A stretch of DNA of 64,000 nt from an uncultured Fidelibacterota bacterium (GTDB taxonomy: Bacteria; Fidelibacterota; Marinisomatia; Marinisomatales; Marinisomataceae). The notes below the pieces were generated by a model. That model was given only the letters and a program-made list of their open reading frames with translations, searched no databases and was not told the origin of the DNA. The stretch is taken from NCBI GenBank assembly GCA_902578385.1, contig CACHCR010000001.1, forward strand, positions 146,371 through 210,370, read 5' to 3'. Shown here one piece after another: positions 60,215 to 64,000 of this stretch (positions are counted from its first letter, which is position 1; every line of letters starts with the position of its first letter). A program made the position numbers and the translations under genes.

Positions 60215-60646
60215 CTACTCATCAGCACTATCATTTTCAAAAACAATTATGGTACTTCCAAACGATCCATCTAAATATTCCCATCCTTCATCATTCAAAT
60301 AATGTTCACCACTCACAAAATTAAGCTCATATTCAAGTTCTTCTTTATCATAATTTGAATCTTCTGCCAATACTGCATTCCAAACACTTTTGCAATCGTC
60401 TAAAGACCACGTATATGTATTACTTATATAAGGACCATCATCATCAAATTCAAATGTTGAAGGATCGTCTTCACTCTGAGCATACATGAGTGCATCAAGC
60501 ACATTTTCATCATCAAGAGTAAATGTCCAGGTTCCTCCTGTCCAAACTCTATCTTCATATACACCATCATCTCCTTTTTTGAATGATACAGATTCTTCTG
60601 TGCTTACGTTTCTAAATGTATAAGTTTTTCCAATTTCAAATTTCAT
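60215..60646 (-). CDS. Small highly acidic cytosolic protein, unknown function (array member 7)
   Basis: 143 aa, D/E/W-rich, no signal peptide. The start overlaps the upstream stop (TAATG). Confidence 0.6.
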   Translation of the reverse strand: MKFEIGKTYTFRNVSTEESVSFKKGDDGVYEDRVWTGGTWTFTLDDENVLDALMYAQSEDDPSTFEFDDDGPYISNTYTWSLDDCKSVWNAVLAEDSNYDKEELEYELNFVSGEHYLNDEGWEYLDGSFGSTIIVFENDSADE

Positions 60647-61344
60647 TACTTTTCTCCTTCCTTAATTCTTTGAATCCAATCAGTTTCTTCACTAAAGTCA
60701 CTTTCTAAGTTATTTAAAAGAACTTCATTATATTCATCATCCCATAATTCTTCTTCCCACCATTCATAAACTTCTTTCATAACAGGCTTAACTTGATTCC
60801 ATAAAATTAGTCCTTGTTCATCATCTAATGATGGTACAGGATTCCACTTCCACTCAATTATTTTTCCACTTGAAGAATCAATTGTTGGACCATTCCAAAC
60901 ATTTCCATCCAATGAATCTAGAGCACGCTTTTGTGGACTTTCCCATAATCCATCATTGTCAAAATCATCATGAAGTAATTCCCAAGTTTTATCATAGCCT
61001 GCCTTTAAACATCTTGCTGACCACTCAAAATCTAATGCTTTTTCTGCTGCAATTTTTGCAATTTTAAAAAAGTTTTCTTCATGAATGGCAATTTTTTCAG
61101 CACGATGAAGCCATTTTATAGCTTTTTCTTTGTCGTAATCAAAAAGTAATTCTGCAAGTTCTGGTACTTCATTAAAATTTTCTTCATCATCTAAAATTGG
61201 TTCAGATCGTAATAAAAGCTCTAAACCCCAATCAGTTTCACCAGCTTTGAATACGTCTTTGATCAATGAAAGTACTCTATAAGCATGTAATTCAGATTTT
61301 TGAAATTCTTCTTGTTCTCTTTTTTTAAAATCTTCTAAACTCAT
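60646..61344 (-). CDS. Acidic Trp-rich cytosolic protein, unknown function (array member 6)
   Basis: 232 aa, helical N-terminal half, W/E/D-rich C-terminal half (EWKWNP..., YEWWEEELWDDEY). Confidence 0.6.
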   Translation of the reverse strand: MSLEDFKKREQEEFQKSELHAYRVLSLIKDVFKAGETDWGLELLLRSEPILDDEENFNEVPELAELLFDYDKEKAIKWLHRAEKIAIHEENFFKIAKIAAEKALDFEWSARCLKAGYDKTWELLHDDFDNDGLWESPQKRALDSLDGNVWNGPTIDSSSGKIIEWKWNPVPSLDDEQGLILWNQVKPVMKEVYEWWEEELWDDEYNEVLLNNLESDFSEETDWIQRIKEGEK

Positions 61345-61369
61345 ATCTCTCTCTTCAATTGATTCAAAA

Positions 61370-62092
61370 TTATCTTTTTATCCAACCCGCAAATTTACCT
61401 GCAATAAAATTAATTTCAGATGGCATGTCGTCTAAATTTTCTTTATTTGAAATTACAAATGTAAATTTATCAAATATAATTTCTGGAGAAACGTAGGTAG
61501 GGTTTTCAACAGTATATCCCTTTGATTTTAAAAAATCAACCCAGTCAGAAAATGCTACTTCCTTTTCATGCATTTCAATACAAACCTCTTTAATTTTTTC
61601 AATCTCTTCTAAGTGCTCTTTAGCAGGAACAACTTTTGGCTCTGATGATTCTTTTATTTCATAATCATCTTCATAATCATCTTCAGACTCTTGAATATCT
61701 GTTTCAAATAAATGGGTATTTTTCTCTTTATCAAAAACAATTTCTGCAGAAAGACTTTCAGTATCCCCTCCACAAGATAAGTACAATTCAAAAGTTAAAC
61801 TATCTTCAAATATCTCATATAAAACTTTTAATGTTTCATTGTTTAAAGCGCCTTCGCCCAATCCAATTGAACCTTCCGTAGAATCAGCAATCTGCATACA
61901 AAACTTGTTGTAGTTTTTATCGTACTCTCTACTGTAAACAGATACACCTGACTCATAAGCACTCTTACTTATTAAGTAAATCGACTTATCATCTTTTTCA
62001 AATGGAATATTATTTGATTCTAATTTTTGTATTTTTTCTTCTGATAAATTAGTAATTGCACTACTTTCTAATTCTAAAAAAACTTTCGCCAT
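61370..62092 (-). CDS. Acidic cytosolic protein, unknown function (array member 5)
   Basis: 240 aa, with the central linker ESEDDYEDDYEIKESSEP. Preceded by conserved junction element R1. Confidence 0.6.
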   Translation of the reverse strand: MAKVFLELESSAITNLSEEKIQKLESNNIPFEKDDKSIYLISKSAYESGVSVYSREYDKNYNKFCMQIADSTEGSIGLGEGALNNETLKVLYEIFEDSLTFELYLSCGGDTESLSAEIVFDKEKNTHLFETDIQESEDDYEDDYEIKESSEPKVVPAKEHLEEIEKIKEVCIEMHEKEVAFSDWVDFLKSKGYTVENPTYVSPEIIFDKFTFVISNKENLDDMPSEINFIAGKFAGWIKR

Positions 62093-62094
62093 CC

Positions 62095-62130
62095 CTCACT
62101 CCTTTATATTGATTCTAAATAAGTTTACCA
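62095..62130 (-). repeat. Conserved cassette-junction element, copy R1
   Basis: Minus-strand reading: tGGTAAACTTATtTAGAATCAATATAAAGGAGTGAGggATG. Near-identical to R2 and R3. Here GGT AAA CTT ATT TAG encodes the real C-terminus (GKLI*) of the 62115..62777 gene. Confidence 0.85.
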
Positions 62131-62777
62131 TCTTCATCGAAGTTTCTAACTGATCCAGTAATAAGATCATCATTTTCCCAATTAGATTCTTCTTTCAATT
62201 TTCCATTATCATGGTACAATTTTTTTAGACCATGAATTTTACCATTCTCATAATGCATATCAACTAATATATTTCCATTTTCATAGAACATCTTTCTTGT
62301 TCCATGCAGTTCACCGTCCTTATAAAAACCCTCTTCTTTAATATTGCCATTTTTATGATGTAACTGATATGGACCTTCGTTAAAATCATCGCTTAAGACC
62401 TCTTGTTTTTCAGTGCCAGGTTCTTCTACTTCTCTGTATTTCTTAATTATATCCCCAGCAGAATCAAAAGATGTTATTTCTCCATCAATATTAATAGAAA
62501 AATCTCCTTCAAAATAAAGATCAAAATCATGTCGCAATTCAGATAGAGTACGGACAATATCATATTCACTAATTTTTTGCTTTTCAATTACAATATCTGA
62601 ATCATGAGGAAATTCTCCATTAAACAATATATATCCATCATTGTCATGTTCAAAATTGTATCCTAAAGCAGCATAAACTGAATTGTCTTTACCATCATCA
62701 GTCCATTCAGCTATTTCTGTGGCTTTGCCCTCATTACATACGTCAATTGATTTCAAATTAAAAATATATTTTACCAT
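62115..62777 (-). CDS. MORN-variant repeat protein, YwqK antitoxin/immunity-like C-terminal half (array member 4)
   Basis: C-terminal repeats G.Y..HHKNGNIKEEGFYKDGELHGTRKMFYENGNILVDMHYENGKIHGLKKLYHDNGKLKEE, as in MORN_2/YwqK-family proteins. Confidence 0.6.
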   Translation of the reverse strand: MVKYIFNLKSIDVCNEGKATEIAEWTDDGKDNSVYAALGYNFEHDNDGYILFNGEFPHDSDIVIEKQKISEYDIVRTLSELRHDFDLYFEGDFSINIDGEITSFDSAGDIIKKYREVEEPGTEKQEVLSDDFNEGPYQLHHKNGNIKEEGFYKDGELHGTRKMFYENGNILVDMHYENGKIHGLKKLYHDNGKLKEESNWENDDLITGSVRNFDEDGKLI

Positions 62778-62786
62778 AAAAAATTT

Positions 62787-62820
62787 TCACTCCTTTATAT
62801 TGATTCTATATAAGTTTACG
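62787..62820 (-). repeat. Conserved cassette-junction element, copy R2
   Basis: Minus-strand reading: CGTAAACTTATATAGAATCAATATAAAGGAGTGAaaattttttATG. Confidence 0.85.
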
Positions 62821-62823
62821 ATA

Positions 62824-63384
62824 TTAATCAGAATAAATTTCTTCTTTACCCGTAATACTTAAGCTTGCTCTTTTAGCTTCGTCTTCACTGTAAACTGAAA
62901 TTGTTTCACCATCTAATACAAGATTTGGATCAATATCTTCTTCTGCATCCCATTCATAATCTTCTAAAATTTCTATATCACGAATTACAACTAAAGCTAA
63001 TAAGTCATATGCATCTGGATTTAATCTTTGACTGGTACAAATAAGATTTAAGTTTGTTAATTTATTGCACTTCGTTAAATCAGAAATACTGTCAAGTGAT
63101 TCACACCAACTTAAATCCAATTCTTCAAGGTCAGTGAGATTTGCTACACCATTGATATTTCCAAGATTTATACATTTAGAAAGATTGAGTGCATTGACTT
63201 TTGGGAAGAAAGATAAAAAATCAACATTTATTAAGGACTTTTGTCCAGAAAAATCTAATTCTGTAACATCTTTAAAATTAGTATTATCGATTTCTAAGCT
63301 GGCTAAAAAACTTTCTGCATCAGATGTTGTTTTTTCTAAACTTAAACTTAGTTGTTCTAACATTTCATTATAATGTTCACCCAT
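62824..63384 (-). CDS. Leucine-rich repeat protein, cytosolic (array member 3)
   Basis: Three to four ~23-aa LRRs with Cys at a conserved position (VNALNLSKCINLGNINGVANLTD / LEELDLSWCESLDSISDLTKCNK / LTNLNLI...), followed by an acidic tail. Confidence 0.6.
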   Translation of the reverse strand: MGEHYNEMLEQLSLSLEKTTSDAESFLASLEIDNTNFKDVTELDFSGQKSLINVDFLSFFPKVNALNLSKCINLGNINGVANLTDLEELDLSWCESLDSISDLTKCNKLTNLNLICTSQRLNPDAYDLLALVVIRDIEILEDYEWDAEEDIDPNLVLDGETISVYSEDEAKRASLSITGKEEIYSD

Positions 63385-63386
63385 CT

Positions 63387-63422
63387 CTCATTCCTTTATA
63401 TTGATTCTATATAAATTAACCA
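63387..63422 (-). repeat. Conserved cassette-junction element, copy R3
   Basis: Minus-strand reading: tGGTtAAtTTATATAGAATCAATATAAAGGAaTGAGagATG. Confidence 0.85.
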
Positions 63423-63427
63423 TATTT

Positions 63428-63655
63428 CTAAATTTCAGAAAATATCTCAACACTTAATACAAAATCTTCAGTTGAAATATCTTCCAAATGTGGCAACAAA
63501 TCTTCTAAAAGTTTATCGTCTGGATTTTTCGAACTTAAATCAGATATGAATTCGTATGCGTCGTCAGTCTCCCAACTATCTATTTCATCAAACTCTATTG
63601 AATATTCTTTCTCTAAATGCACTAAACCATTAACGATTATATTTGTAATGTCCAT
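63428..63655 (-). CDS. Very small acidic protein, unknown function (array member 2)
   Basis: 75 aa, D/E-rich, no hydrophobic segment. Confidence 0.5.
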   Translation of the reverse strand: MDITNIIVNGLVHLEKEYSIEFDEIDSWETDDAYEFISDLSSKNPDDKLLEDLLPHLEDISTEDFVLSVEIFSEI

Positions 63656-63676
63656 AGTAATCTCTACCCTAATAAT

Positions 63677-64000
63677 TTATGCCATTGGAAGTTTTGTTAC
63701 TGGCAATTTAATTTCTTTATCAAAAAAATCTTTTTTTAAAAAAGAAAATATTTTCTCTGAATTTGAGGAATCAATCTCTAAATCTTCATCAAGCAATGAA
63801 TTTTTAATATCACTCATTTGGAAGGCATATAAGTGAAATAAAGAGTTATCAATTTTGAAATATATTTCAAAGTCAATACTCCCATCCCATCCTTCATCGT
63901 CTCCATTTTGAAAAAATGATTGGTCACCATACTGGTAGGCAGTAACTAAATCATATTCACCTATTGCCTTAATTTTATTGGGGTCAAATTGTTCTGTTTC
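63677..64000 (-). CDS. Partial ORF (C-terminal 107 codons; start outside the window), acidic, unknown function (array member 1)
   Basis: Own translation of the minus strand is open from base 64000 to the TAA at 63679..63677: ...GDDEGWDGSIDFEIYFKIDNSLFHLYAFQMSDIKNSLLDEDLEIDSS...KEIKLPVTKLPMA*. Not in the ORF track because it runs off the edge. Confidence 0.5.
   Translation of the reverse strand, partial: ETEQFDPNKIKAIGEYDLVTAYQYGDQSFFQNGDDEGWDGSIDFEIYFKIDNSLFHLYAFQMSDIKNSLLDEDLEIDSSNSEKIFSFLKKDFFDKEIKLPVTKLPMA

Noticed and set aside
61345-61369. Possible fourth copy of the junction element upstream of the 60646..61344 gene
   Set aside because: Only the GAATCAAT core and general purine-rich RBS context are shared. 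It is too degenerate to call as a repeat feature; it is mentioned only within the finding.
31704-61881. Remaining short overlapping ORFs: 31704, 32445, 33540, 37529, 40721, 43972, 44309, 46445, 46744, 47063, 48712, 48968, 51901, 53346, 55221, 60828, 61636, 63065, 63546
   Set aside because: Each lies within, or antisense to, a longer and better-supported ORF. None has motifs or plausible translation signals.

Overview
Strongly AT-rich bacterial chromosomal segment. The gene content points to the Fibrobacteres-Chlorobi-Bacteroidetes (FCB) group: a T9SS SprA translocon, a type II glutaminyl cyclase, Gln at +1 of predicted signal-peptidase I sites, and a Bacteroidetes-style suf operon with a DUF2480-like gene. 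This placement is an inference.

Most of the window is densely packed housekeeping:
- Information processing: topA (partial), hisS, rpmA/rplU, RNase G, and three tRNAs (Phe-GAA, His-GTG, Pro-TGG).
- Envelope: LptD-like protein, LptF/G permease, PBP1A.
- Central metabolism: mdh, fumC, korAB.
- Fe-S assembly: a complete suf operon.
- Acyl-CoA catabolism: glutaryl-CoA dehydrogenase, etfBA plus a membrane Fe-S EtfD-like oxidoreductase, a methylmalonyl-CoA mutase catalytic chain, and two SDRs.
- Transport: an RND efflux operon and an FTR1 iron permease with an azurin-like cupredoxin.

I saw no rRNA, CRISPR array, transposase, integrase or phage structural genes.

The clearly non-housekeeping part is the right end. 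After a tRNA-His/tRNA-Pro pair come a Trp-rich small protein, an AlkB-type alkane hydroxylase and an aldo/keto reductase with a Cys-rich N-terminal extension. From about 60.2 kb to the window edge there is a co-directional array of at least 7 small, very acidic proteins without signal peptides, including a MORN/YwqK-like and an LRR protein. Three of the gene junctions carry a near-identical element of about 35 nt. That element includes the Shine-Dalgarno sequence and what look like fossil terminal codons plus a stop.

This cassette-like array is my best candidate for an undescribed system. It could be a poly-immunity or anti-defence island, or a recombination-shuffled cassette locus. Its function cannot be established from sequence alone.
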